Shown here one piece after another: positions 42,445 to 55,812 of a stretch of 64,000 nt of DNA. The position numbers and the translations under genes were made by a program. The notes beneath the pieces were generated by a model that saw only the letters and a list, made by a program, of their open reading frames with translations, had not been told where the DNA came from and ran no database searches. Each line of letters opens with the position of its first letter. The stretch's first letter is position 1. This stretch comes from Sminthopsis crassicaudata (taxonomy: Eukaryota), in contig NC_133619.1 of NCBI RefSeq assembly GCF_048593235.1, forward strand, positions 501,669,644 through 501,733,643, in the 5' to 3' direction.

Positions 42445-42651
<207 letters not shown>

Positions 42652-42893
42652 TTAAGAGGTAGAAAAAGGGAGTTCAGGCAGTATCAACTGATTGGCTAAA
42701 GAAATCGTGAGGCTCAGAAGTATACTTTATCAAAGTTTAATAGATTCATTTTTCTCTCTTCAAGATTTAATTATACAAGTCAAAAACATGAAAGACCCTT
42801 CAATATTCTATTTGTCTTTATAGAATCTACATTTAGGAATACACAATCATAATGAAATTAATGAAACTCATGAAGTAAAGGTGTTAAAATTTA

Positions 42894-43091
<198 letters not shown>

Positions 43092-43718
43092 TTATTATCT
43101 TTACTTCTTATACACAAATTCCTGTCACTTTCTGAACAACAAAACAAAAAGTTTCACTTTTCACATGACATTAATGAAAACATTATTGTTCCAATAAAAG
43201 TTGGCTTAATGCCACAAATGAACTTCACTATGAAAATCATATTACATCTTATTCTTATTTTCTAGCTGCTCACATATAAATAAAGTACTACTTCTTCATG
43301 AAGAAAAAAACATAAAACTCTTAACACTACAAAAAGAAAGTAATCATGCAAGCAATCTTAAATACACCTATCTACCAGACTCATGCTTTGCCTGGCAGCT
43401 ACCAATGCCAGCCAGGGAAGTCCAGGAACTCACCGAATAACTGAACTAAGGCAAGGATTGTTAATACCTCATAGTAGCCACTGTAGCATTTTTCAAATGG
43501 CAGGATCCTACAAAATAGATATCTTGCTAATATCAGATGCTATCAATGGTGAGAGACAACTTTAGCAGGGTGGCTGCTTCAAGATAATAATTTGCAATCT
43601 CAAAAGCAATGTATAAAAATTTTAATCCTATTCATAAAACACTTCCCACTGTGCACTGAAACTTGAAAGTTAAGGCATAGTCTCGCATCTACTTTAAAAA
43701 CTTTTGCATGCCACAGAC

Positions 43719-43907
43719 TAGTGGTCCTCAAACTTTTTAAATAGGGGCCAGTTCACTGTCCCTCAGACTGTGGGAGGGCCGGACTCTAGTAAAAACAAAA
43801 ACACACTCTGTCTCCACCCCTCAGCCCATTTGCCATAACCTGGCAGGCAGCATAAACATCCTTGGCGGGCCACATCTGGCCCGTGGGCCATAGTTTGAGA
43901 ACCTCTG
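43719..43907 (+). mobile_element. OC1/OposCharlie1-like non-autonomous hAT MITE
   Basis: Imperfect 16-bp TIRs TAGTGGTCCTCAAACT / AGTTTGAGAACCTCTG. 8-bp flanks ccacagac / gcatagac (6/8). Homologous to 46507-46692. Confidence 0.75.
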
Positions 43908-44728
43908 GCATAGACATATAAATATCAACCAATCAACCAATATTTAATAAGTCACCACATATATCTGGCGTTGTCCTAGACTCTCCTGGATACAAAGGAC
44001 GTTCAAGGATTATCCAATATGAAATGTTTCAAACTATACTGGGAATCTAAAGTCTTCAATTCAAATAAGAAACTCTGACAACAAATGAAATTTCAAATTC
44101 TCCTTTAACTACAACTTCTATTTAACTGCAACAACTTCAAGAATCTATGATTTCTTCATGGTTCCATAACTTACAGTGACAAAGGTTAACTTAATAGAAG
44201 ATTTTTAATAACTGTCCCATCTAAAAAGAAAAAGTCAGCATCCAGAAGCCAACTTTCTGATGATGACTAACACATATAGTGCTTTAAGGTTTGCAATGTA
44301 CTATCAAGTCATTTGACCCTCACAGAAACCCTGACAGGTTCTATTATAATCTTCATTTTTAATGTGGAGAAACTGAGGCTGGGAGACATTAGGTGGTTTT
44401 CCAAAGAACAGAGATGTTAAGAATCTAAGGCAGGATTCTAAGTATAAGGTTCTGTCCACTATATCACCTCATTACCTCTGAATTCAGACCCAAAAGGCTT
44501 CATGGAAAATGAAACATTTGAGCTAGACAAGATTACAATAGGGAAAGAAGAAAGATCCTGAAAAACCTAAGTCTTCCAAGATCATATTAATGCTTAAAAG
44601 TGGCATGACACTCTATTTCAAACTGACACGATAATTTTCTTCCTAAAGAAACAGATATACATCACTAGAATGTGTACATTAAGTATAGGAGTCTATAAGA
44701 ATAACAACAAAATAAGCAATGTACTTAC

Positions 44729-44789
44729 GGATCAAACTCATGGATGACACTTTCAAATCTCAGAACAGCAAAAAGGCGTGTGGAAAAAG
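44729..44789 (-). CDS. STT3A: STT3A exon 3
   Basis: 61 nt, (S)FSTRLFAVLRFESVIHEFD(P). Confidence 0.97.
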
Positions 44790-45799
44790 CTACAGGAATC
44801 AGAAAATTGATGCATTAATAGTCACATGTGCAGTATAGTTACACTGTATTAAGCCCACAATGGACTACAAAATCACTCTTAAGCAAAATATATCTTTTTG
44901 ACCAAAACCAAATCAAAAAAAGAGGAGAGATACACAGGCTACAGTCCTCTGACATCATAGCTTTTCCAGTTTCTCCCTTATAAGTAGGATGCTTTAAACA
45001 CAGTATTATAGGTAGTACAAAAAGGTGACTGGATTTGTATTTAGGATATCTGGGTTCAAATGCCAGCACTACCACTTATTAAATGTGACCATGTGAAACT
45101 ACTTAAATTTTACAAATGAGGGGATTAAATAAATTCTTAGATTCCTTCAAATTCTACATCTATGATCTCAAGACTTACTGTACTGAAGAGCTTGTTTCTT
45201 TAAAAAGGAAATCTCAGATTTCTAGAATTTAGAACTGGAAAGATTAGAGACTTTCTAGTTCAACCCTCTCATTTCATAGGTATGGAAATTGAGGCTCAGA
45301 GAAGGAGAATAATTTGCCAAAGGTCATTCAAGTACTAAATGTTAAGTATGAGATTAGAAGACAAATCTTAATTCCAAATCCACTGCTTTTTTCCACTCAT
45401 ATACTTTTTTTTTTTTTTTAATGTAGCACTAACCATATTAAGTGTAGAGAGAAATCAGGACAGAAGGAAGATAAAAATTATATTAATGTTTTCTGAGGAG
45501 CTAAGAAGTATATTCTGGAGAACAAGATACAAAGGCTTTCTAAAATGTTAACACAGGTATATAGATTGAAAATAATTACTTGTCCTCTTCCCATCTTATG
45601 CATTCAATGCTCATTAATGGTCATTTCAGAATCAGTACAGAATGGATATTACCCTATAGACTTCCTATTCTTCCAACAACCACTAACTTTAGATTGTATT
45701 TATCTTACCTCCTTTACATTCAAGTAGAGGGAATAAAAAGCAAACTTTGTTATTGATATACATGTATCTAAATTAATGAAAGGAAGTAGAGTGATAAGC

Positions 45800-45943
45800 T
45801 TTTTCTTTTGAGAAGGAAAGCAATCAAGATTAAGTGACTTGGCCAGGGTCACACATCTAGTAGGTATATATGAGAATGAATTTGAACTCAGATCCTCCTG
45901 ACTTCAAGACTGGTGCTCTATCCACTGTGCCACCTAATTGCCC
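45800..45943 (-). mobile_element. WSINE1-like SINE
   Basis: Reverse complement of the SINE core and head in STT3A intron 2. Confidence 0.75.
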
Positions 45944-46223
45944 TAGAACAATAATAGTTCATCTTGCAATATTTTCAAAGTGCTTTACCACTATTACTTC
46001 ATTTGATATTTACACAATAACCCTTTGAGGTAGGTGCTCTTAGTTCACTTTTTGAAAAGAAAACTAAGATAAAGTTAATCAACTTGTCCAGGGATACAGA
46101 ACTAGTTTGGATCTGACATGGGAGTCACACCCATATCTCTCTGAGAGACCTGAAGTTCTATCTCACAAAAAAGGCAGAGATGGGAGCGGCCTGCACGAGG
46201 AAACACAGAGCTTCTCTAGCTCA

Positions 46224-46391
<168 letters not shown>

Positions 46392-46506
46392 TCAAATAGC
46401 TAAAGGAAGAAAAAAGACCAAAGACTCTTAAAACCAAATATCCAAGAATTTCCTTCTAACTTTGTCATGTCAGGAAGAAACCTCAGCAGAAAAAACAAAT
46501 ACTTAC

Positions 46507-46692
46507 CAGCGGTCCTCACACTTTTTAAATAGGGGCCAGTTCACTGACCCTCAGACTGTGGGAGGGCCAGACTATAGTAAACACAAAACCTCACACTCTG
46601 TCTCCACCCCTCGGCCCATTCGCCCTAACTGTAGGAGCATAAACGTGTTCAGTGGCCGCATCTGGCCCGCGGGCCGTAGTTTGAGAACTCTG
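46507..46692 (+). mobile_element. OC1/OposCharlie1-like non-autonomous hAT MITE
   Basis: TIRs CAGCGGTCCTCACACT / AGTTTGAGAACTCTG. The body aligns by eye with 43719-43907. TSD not convincing. Confidence 0.75.
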
Positions 46693-48049
46693 CTTTATAC
46701 TCAAAAGGGATTCAGAATTAAGCTAAAAATTTCATGAGTCCTGCCTCTATTTAAAAAAAAAAAAATTCTGACAGAAGATATTGCAGCTCAGAAACTCTAA
46801 CAGTATTCACATAAAAAGATTAAAGAGAAACTTGTGCTACTATACTATACTTCCTTATATTCCAATAGCAGGTTTAGACAGTTGGCTAGTTAGGGTACAA
46901 TAAGTATCAGTAGCAGGCAGAAGAAAAGAGAAGGAATAAAGAAAATAGATAAGACAAGAAAAAGTTAAATTAACTCACAAAAAAAGTAAGGATATGTAAA
47001 AGGAAACATTAGAGGGGATATCATAAAAAGCAGAAACTAAAAACGAGAGTTAAGTAGTGGCTGCCAAGTCAGCATCATTCCTAACTTTAAATCTAAGCTC
47101 CACTTGATGCTACCACCAAGTGTTTTCCCAGGGATCAGTCATCTACAGGTCATGACTGGGCAATAACCATAAAATCCAGAGGCCCCAATCTCCCCAGAGA
47201 GAACTCCTTCCCTTCTCTCAAGCCCTTCACTGCTGTTGCACCATTAGACCTACAACTAATCCTCCGAGTTTAGGTATTTGAATCCATGACTTTAATGACA
47301 TCAAAATGATCATAGTAAAGAGAAGTTTTCCACTCTGGAAGAGGAAGGCAGCTATCTTAGTCTCATAGCAGCTCCACCAGGAGGCATCAGTCTGTCTAGC
47401 TGCCTTAATGTTCAAACTGCACAATATATGTTCTTAGGGAAAAAGGAGGTGGGTAACAAGCCAGAGCTTTGGTACTTTGAATCATCTGGGTGAGGGGGAT
47501 ATGACCTGTGATTTCACTGCTGTAATGAACCGATGCAATTCATTCAGAACCTTTTCTGTAACTTTTAATCTAAAGATTTGTCCAAAACACGGCAAGGTTT
47601 AAACGGCTTGTCCATGGGGACACAGACACTATGCTAAAGGGAAGATCTGGCTCCGAGTCCAGCTTTCTGTCCACTACATCCCATGGTGTCTCGGTCACAC
47701 TACCGTATTCATTTACATAATAACAGTCACTTCGGTCCTTCCAAAGGAACTGCCTCGGTGCAAAATCACCATTGTAAGCATCCTTTTTCATGCCTTAAAA
47801 CTGGCAAGTATTCAGAGCCAAATCTAAAGGAATCTGTAGCATTTAGTCAAGAATATGCAGAGACGAGTCCTGCAGCCTATCATCAATGACCCTCAAGGAG
47901 AAAAGAAACGGTTTCCCAGGACTAGGGAATTTTCTCAAATTCTAAATATTTCTCAAATTCTAACTATTCCGATTTCTGGGGTCTCTTAGCAGGCATAGTC
48001 TATTGATAATCGCAAAGCACTCCCTCTTTCAGGCAAGGAAAGCTGGCCC

Positions 48050-49960
48050 TCCCTGATTCAGGAGCGTTCATACATCTCCGCCAGGGCCGTGGCAAGTCTG
48101 CACAAAACCAGGAATAGTTACAGATCAAGACACTGTCACAGCGGACTGGCCCATCGGAGAGCAACGGGAAGAGGGAACTGGGAAGAACCGAGAACTACTG
48201 ATGCACAGCAGAGGGACGTGCCAGACAGACACAATCCATCTCCACTCCATCGAGGGGTCAAGAAAATGAATAAGGGCACAGGCCCAACTCGCTAACTTTC
48301 AGTCCTCCCTAAACCACAGTGAGTGCTGCATGCCTCCACTCCCTAGCTAGCCCCTGCAGGGTCTGCGGCCTCCCTCTTCCTAGTATCCTTATTTCCGAAC
48401 GTCTCTCCACAGCACATCCTGCAGCTCCAGGCTTTCCGTCTCCCGCAGACTCAGACCTGCCCAGCCACTACTTCCTCCTCAGAGACCACAAGTGCTCTAA
48501 CTCGCCGTCCTTCCCGGGGTTGGGGGCGGGAGTCCCACCTTCCCCTCGTACTCTCTTGGGGGATTCCCATTCCCCCCCTCTCTCATAGTGGGGACGGGGG
48601 AAGGGGATTCTCCCACGCCCTTGCCTCTGCAGTGCTACCTCGTACAACATCCCATTCAATCCCATCTCACTCTCCCACTCCCTCCCCTGCAGCATCCCGA
48701 GGCCCAGCTTCTCCATTCCCTTCACCCCGCTGATGCCCCATTCTCTAGACCCATCCACCCCGGCACGGCACCCAGGCCCTGTAGCTCCCGTTGCACCCGC
48801 CCCTTCTCCTCTAGTTACCCCCTCAGGGCCTCACCTGGGTTGGGTATAGCCGGGCTCGGTTCTTCTCCCTCTGCCATCCGTTTAGCGGCCGGCGCACCCA
48901 ACCTTAACAGTCTACTGCTCCGCCCCTCCATTGGCCGCCTTAGAGCCCATCCGCTTCTTTCGGGAATAGATTGGGCAAGAAAGCTGTCTCTCAAATATGA
49001 AGGCGGAGAGGCAGGTGCTATTCCGCAATTCCATTAGCAGATAACTGTGCCGCTTAGTAGAAATGGGGCGGGACTATTCGCTCCCGCCCAGCTTTCACTG
49101 GCCCAAAGATGAGAAACCAAGAGAAGCCCAGAACATGCTCTAAGAAGTTTGGTTGAAGCACAAAGAGTGACGTGTCCGTCTGCGGACCGAGCTGGAACCG
49201 GGATTAGTGGGTGTGGCGAGCATAGCCAATACACGTGACAGGAAGCGGCCCCGGTACCCGGAAGATAATGGAAGCTGCCTATCCCGGCTCGCTGAGCTGT
49301 GCGCTGTTTGCAGGAAGCCGATTTTTTTTTTCCCATCACTGTTCTAAGTATTGCCCCATGCGGAATTACTGCTAAAGATAGAACTTAATCCTAACTTTTG
49401 TTTACTTCCACCCTGCACACGTTTGGATTAGCAAGAGAAGACCAGTTGCTGAGGAATACTTGAGCTCCTTTCTAACCCCTAACTTTCTTTTGTTCGCCCC
49501 AAACTTTGGACGGGGATTGTTGGGATGAGAGACTGACGAAACTGAGGGGAAATTCTCACTTAGAAAAGGAGGCAAAAGTGGGCGGTCCGTAGCCCTTCTT
49601 ACAAGCGGCAGAAAAGTCCTCCCTTCCTATTCAGATTTCTGGCTACACCAGTCAGTTTTCTCATCTGGAAAACGAGCGCGCCAAATCCCAGGGTTTCTGC
49701 GTCTCGTCCATTTACAATGGGTTTTTTTTTTTTGGGGGGGGGGGTAATACGATGACTTTTGTTCGATCAAGTTAACCAAATTAGCACCTACAACATGCAG
49801 CCCGTTAGGTGGCGCAGAAGAGCGAGTGCCGACCCCAACGTCTGGAAGACTGTCCCTACTGGTGTAAGTCCCGGGGCGAGTCATTTAACAATTTAGCCGT
49901 TCCAGTCTTTCACAAGAAAACTCCGAATGGAGTCCGGAGGAGGTGGAAACAACGGGAAAT
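48050..49960. promoter_or_regulatory. STT3A: CpG island / promoter of STT3A
   Basis: CpG-rich. GC box 48920-48925, CCAAT boxes (48934-48930, 48974-48970, 49226-49230), TGACGTGTC 49168-49176, E-box CACGTG 49232-49237, ETS-like GGAAG sites 49241-49264, E2F-like GCGCGCCAAA 49676-49685. Confidence 0.8.
48835..48910 (-). other. STT3A: Putative STT3A non-coding exon 1 (TSS approximate)
   Basis: Strong donor CAG|GTGAGG at 48835/48834, just downstream of CCAAT and GC boxes in the island. Confidence 0.7.
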
Positions 49961-49965
49961 TCTTT
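49800..49965 (+). mobile_element. Ancient MAR1-like SINE within the CpG island
   Basis: ttaggtggcgcagaagagcgagtgcc...ccggggcgagtcatttaac...ttccagtctttcacaagaaaactccgaatggagtc follows the MAR1 head, core and tail order. Confidence 0.5.
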
Positions 49966-51489
49966 CCAATTCACATATAAGGAAATTGAGAAACTCGGAT
50001 TTCTTGTTGAAACCCATGTTTTGGATTATTTCCTGCCTGATATACCTAATAATAAGGCCAATCGAAAAAAAAATTTTTAAGTGTAGAAGCATAGACTTGC
50101 AAAAGAACTCAGATCATGTCATCCAACATCCTTCTCAAAAGAAATTTTCACCACTATATCGCCTCAGAATCTTCATGCTTAATTTGAAAATCTCCCGTGA
50201 GAAACAATGCCCCGCTATTTATGGATGTCCATTCTATTTGGGGACGATTTTAGTTATGGTTTGTTTTTTCCTTTACGGCGAATTTAAATTGTAAAACTTC
50301 TTAAGTTATTTATCTCCACCGACTTCTACTTCTGCCCCTTTCTACAAAAAAAAAAAAAAAATTAATTTTCCTATTTCATTTAATGATACTCCCCTCTCTT
50401 ATAACTGCTGTGCTTGGCAGGGAGGGGAGATAGTTTAACAGAATTGTTGGCTACTTCTTCACTACTTCAAACTCTTTGCAGTTTGGTTTGTCCCCAACAT
50501 TCTCTAGAATACAAAACTTCAAAGATCGCCGTTTCAGTACTTTACTGCTTGGAAGAAAGACTTAATCACTCCCTCCTGAATATTCCTTACTTCCTTATTC
50601 CTCCAACTCCAGTCTTCATATTCTTCTGTTTGCATTTTTTTCTCTGCTGGCTCATTGTAAATGAGTGATTTTGAAATGAGGATGTCTGACAGCAGTTTGG
50701 GGATTTTTAGGACACCTTGTATACCCTCTCCTTAGGCAATCCCATAAATTCCCATGCTTTCCAACTATCTTTATGCCCTTTCTTTCTCTAGATAGCATTT
50801 TTGTAAACGAGAATATCACTGCATGTTAAATGAAGCTTGATCAAAATTAAGCTCATCATTCCCCCCTAAATCTGCTCCTTTCAAATTAAATGGTTCCAAT
50901 ATCTATTCATTCTCCCATGTTTGCAATTTGGGAGTCTTTTTTTTTCTTCCTATACCTCAAATCTAATTAGTTCTATCCACTCTATTCTTATTGCCATCAT
51001 CACTGCTAGTGATGATTCATTACCATCCACCTGAGATGCTTTTAACTTTCCTAATAAGTCTTCGTACTCCTATTTTCCATCCAATATATCTGGATATAAT
51101 CTGTCATATGTATAGGTTTGGTCATATCATTCCTCTATAATGGCTCCCTATCGTCTTATCAGGCTTATGTCTTTACTTTCAAAGCCCTCTACAATGATGA
51201 AGCTCATCTTCTCAGCCTTGTATAGTCTCATTGTTCTCTAACAAGTACATTCCCATTTTGTTTTTGTTTGTTCTTGACACTGAGGACACTACTTTCCTGT
51301 CTTCACTTTTAAAACCTAATTCCAAAGTCTCTCAAAAGCTTTTCCTCTGAAATCTCACATAGCACATAATTTCAGAATGAAAATGATCTAGTCCAATCAA
51401 TACCTTTAAAAGAATACCCTGTGCAACATACTCTGTAAATGGAAGTCCAGTCTTTGCTGAAGATTTTGATTGATAACTCAAATTGTTTA

Positions 51490-52780
51490 ATAAAGCAGAA
51501 TTCAGAACAATCTGGTACTAGCTAGGAAATAAACTGATGGATCAGTGGAATAGATTAAATTTTTAAAATATTAGTAAATGACTAAATCTAGTGTTTGACA
51601 AAAGTTTAATACAAGAATTCACTACATGAGAAAAACTGCTGGAATAACTGAAAAATACTTTAGAAGAAACTAGGTATCTCACACTGTATATTAAAATAAA
51701 CATTTAGACATAAGTGGGAAAAACTAATGCACCCAAGTTTAGAAGGAAAGCAGAAAATGGTGGGAGCTTCAGCAAATTTTTCTGAAAAAGGCCTTATTTC
51801 TCAACTATAGAGAACAGTCAAATAATTTCCCAATTGATATGTAGTAACAGGATATGTGAATAGGCAGTTTTCAAAATAGAAATCAAAGCTATCTACATTC
51901 ATATGAAAAAATGCTTTGTATCACTTCTGATTTAGAGAAATACAAAATAAAACTCTGAGGTACCACCTCAAGCCAATCAGATTGGCTAATGACAGAAAAG
52001 GGGAATGATGTTGGGAAATTGGGACACTGTTTGCATTGTTCATAGACTTGTGAACTGATCCAAGTTTTTTGCTTAAGCAATTGGGCTTAAGTGACTTGCC
52101 CAGGGTTACAGTTACAGAAGTGTTAAGTATCTGAGGTCACATTTGAAATCAGGTCCTCCTGACTTCAGAGCTGGTTTATCCAAGTATTGAGAGCAATTTG
52201 AAACTATGCCCAAACTCTGCTTACTCTCTAATCCAACAACACTGCTAGGCTCTGTGTTCTAGAGTTTTTAAAAATGTGTGGGATGACCTATTTGTACAAT
52301 ATAAGCAGCTCTCCTTGTGGCATTTAAGAAGTGAAAGCTGAGGAGATATCCATCAACTCAGTAATAGCTTAACAAGTTGTTGTATATGATTGTAATAGAG
52401 TACTATTAGAAAATCAGTAGACTTACCCAAACTGATGCAAAGTGAAAGTGAGCAGAACCAGAACATTGTATATTGTGACAGCATGTGTTCAAATGATCAA
52501 CTAAATGATTTAGCTGTTTTCAGACATATCATCGATCTAAGACAATTCCAATAGATTTATGATTGAAAGTACTATTCACCCCCAAAGAACTGATGGAGTC
52601 TGAATTCAATCGAGGCATACTTTTACTTTATTATCATTGGGGGTTCTTAAGTCTTGTTTTCTTTTGCAACATGGCTAATATGGAAATTTTTACATGACTT
52701 AACATGTATAGCCTATATAAAATTGCTTACCATCTCAGGGAGGAGTCAGAATTTGGAACTTGAAATTTAAAAAACAATTG
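51490..52780 (+). mobile_element. Degenerate L1 3' region, interrupted by a minus-strand SINE (52070-52175)
   Basis: L1 ORF2 C-terminal motifs (actctgaggtaccacctca...agattggcta) and 3'UTR. Confidence 0.7.
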
Positions 52781-52782
52781 TT

Positions 52783-52905
52783 GGGGGCAGCTAGGTGGTG
52801 CAGTGGATAGAGCACCAGCCTTGAATTCAGGAGGACCCAAATTCAAATCTAGTTTCAGACAACACTTCCTAGCTGTGACCCTGGGCAAGTCACTTAACCC
52901 CAGCA
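52783..52905 (+). mobile_element. WSINE1-like SINE
   Basis: gggggcagctaggtggtgcagtggatagagcacc... near consensus. Confidence 0.85.
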
Positions 52906-54546
52906 AGGGAGGGGGGGGGGGGGAGAGATTGTTTTACATGTAACTGGGAAAAAATATTCTAAAATTTAAAAAATAATTAAAAGTTTTGATGGGTAGGGAG
53001 TTTTTCCTTAACATCAAGCTAAATTTGATTCTCTAACTTCTATGTTTTACTCTTGGTTGCACATTTCACATTCTGGGTCCAGGAAGGACTTACATAATTT
53101 CTTTCAGGTGGTATCCCTTAAATACCTGAAAATATTTGTAGTATACTCCACCCCACCAAAATCCCTCTTTTTTTTAATCAGAATAAGGCATCTCTATATT
53201 TTCCATATATTGGCTCTTTAAGACAGAATGTAGCATGCTTAATGAGGGAAATAAAACTCCTTTTCTGTATATACTTAAATAGCTGAGGAACAATACACAC
53301 ACAATTTCTAGACAAAATTATAGCCATTAACTATCAACTTATTTTAACTACTAGTATAGTCTTCATTATACTACAAACACGAACTATGATCTCTTGAAGA
53401 GTCACTATTCTGCACTTGAATTCATGCCACATTTTTGTATTTTTGTTGTATAAAGTCTGATAATTAACCATGTGCTGGTGTTAACCATCTGGGCACTCTT
53501 CCAAAGTACCCAGATCTAAATATAATATTCCATATACAATTGGATTGTCCCTTCTCTTATTTCTGAAGATAATGCCAATCTTATTGTCATTTAAGACTAG
53601 CCTTTCTGGCTGCCATGTTAGCTTGCAATCCATTAAAATTTTAAGTTTTTTCATAGACTATTAGAGTTATACTCTATCTCACTCTCCTACCCCCCCCAAA
53701 AAGGCTAGCTTATTATTATTAAATTTCACATTATTTGATACAATCCAATGTTCCAGTCTACCAAATCAAAGTATCCCCATTTTGAAGATGGGGAAACTAA
53801 GGTTACTTAAAGCCAAGAAGATTGTTCATGGTCATACAACTGTGTTAGAGCTAAGATATAGATCAGGTCTTTTTGACCCCAACCACTACACTCATTAAGT
53901 GTTTGTACCATCCTCCTTTTATACCACAAGCTGCATATGGAAAAGAACTATATTTTAAAAGGTGTTTTTCCCCCAATGTCTAGATAATAGAGGACTAATA
54001 AATATTTATTGAATGGGTACTGATGGGTTATATAGAAAAAAAATCAGGGCCAACAGTCCTGTTCCCATTATGCAATCAAAACTACATGACAAATTAGCAT
54101 AGGGCATTACAGCTGGAGTCACTTAGGTTTAATAAGGAAAAATCAATTACTAGACAAGTGGTACAAGTTGAGAACAACACACTTTGAAAAACTGCTTCCA
54201 AAGGGGTTCATTTTATTGCGAAAAAAATTCCAAAAGTTTATATTATGACTTTTCAAATTACCAAAATGCTTGACAGCTTAAACTCTCTCCCCCAAACCAC
54301 TGCATAGCAGCAAATAAAGTCCTAAAAGTGGTTCTTTGTAATGCTGCCTTAAACTGTTGTCAAAACCCCAAATGATCTTATTGGAGCATACCAGAGGTAT
54401 TAAAATAACCCAAGATGCTTTTAACCATATGCTTCACAAATAATTCTTGTGCACAAATTTTCATTGTATATAATTGCCAACTTAGTGCTTCCCCTTGTAA
54501 GACAAACTCACAATCACCCACCCACAAATGTGGACAACTCTAGCAT

Positions 54547-54556
54547 TTTATTTAAT
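54547..54556 (-). terminator. EI24: Poly(A) signal ATTAAATAAA of EI24
   Basis: Plus strand tttatttaat, preceded on the minus strand by an A-run. Confidence 0.6.
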
Positions 54557-55683
54557 TTTTTTTTTTTGTGAAAACACCAGAGAAGTAGTTCATCTGATAA
54601 CCAACAGTAGTTATATTACAGACTACCCTTCCTTAAAGGCTTTCTTAATGCTTCGAGTAAGCTGCTTATTTTTTCCCTTGCCTTATGAGAATTTTTAATG
54701 CATGAGAAACACTGGAATCTAAATTGATCTTTCTCCCTTTATGAAACATATACAGCAGAAATGTACATAAAGACATTTTACAGACATAAGTGAATTCATC
54801 AATTCCAAACTCATCAGTTTTTGAGAACCAACCACTAAATGAGTGGACATAAGCTTATCCCCCTCTATAAACTACATGAAAGAGATGAGACCTGAGTTTC
54901 AGATCAACACTTTGCAGAACCATCTCCCCATCAATTATGCTTAGTGCAATAAACTTCCCATTTACTCTAAATTCCCTTTTTCTGAACCCAAACAAGACCT
55001 TGTATTCCTTAAATACCATTATAAACTTCATGATTTTCACCAATCAGTATGCCTGTTTCCATGAGAAACCAGAAGCTCCTACTTGTTTAATTTCTTTCTT
55101 CTTTTAAACTGTACAATTTTTTAACATGTGCTGGACCTCCAACCTTACTGTATAAATGACAGAAAAACCATCCAGCTACAGATTTAATGTTTTTCATTAA
55201 GTTTTCTACTGTAGTTCCTGATCACATGCAGCACCCAACATCACCTTGAAGTGCCGGATATAACTGGCAGTGGCCCTGACAAAGTGAATTTCAGACCTCC
55301 GGCTCTTTTGAGTTGTACCCAGTGCTTAGCAAAAGCTTGACTTTTCAGGGCATTCTGTGCTAATAATGGTGGCACTTGTCCAGAGCTGGTACATCCCCTT
55401 GAGATTAGGGATCCCTAAAAGTACCAGTGAGAGAATTCTCCTATGTCCTCCTCTCCTGCAAACAAATGGATGGAGACACATTAGTTCTCCAAACCAATAC
55501 ACATGGTGGTGAGGTCAATTCCCTACCTAGTCCCACCTTTTCTGGTTCTTTTTTTGTTTTCTTCTTTTTTTGCTGTGAAATAGGAGGGATGAAAACCTAA
55601 CCTGAGTTACAAGAACCAAAGACAGTGGAGGCTGCAGAAGGAGGCAACCAGGACTAGCTGGGAGACTCCTCCTCCCTCCACAC

Positions 55684-55812
55684 NNNNNNNNNNNNNNNNN
55701 NNNNNNNNNNNNNNNNNNNNNNNNNNNNNNNNNNNNNNNNNNNNNNNNNNNNNNNNNNNNNNNNNNNNNNNNNNNNNNNNNNNNNNNNNNNNNNNNNNNN
55801 NNNNNNNNNNNN
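55684..55812. other. Assembly gap (129 N)
   Basis: Run of N. Confidence 1.

Noticed and set aside
47570-47791. 73-aa minus-strand ORF in STT3A intron 1
   Set aside because: No homology recognised and no convincing splice signals. The STT3A CDS is complete without it.
49131-49140. Perfect p53 half-site GAACATGCTC
   Set aside because: No second half-site within 0-13 bp, and single decamers are frequent by chance.
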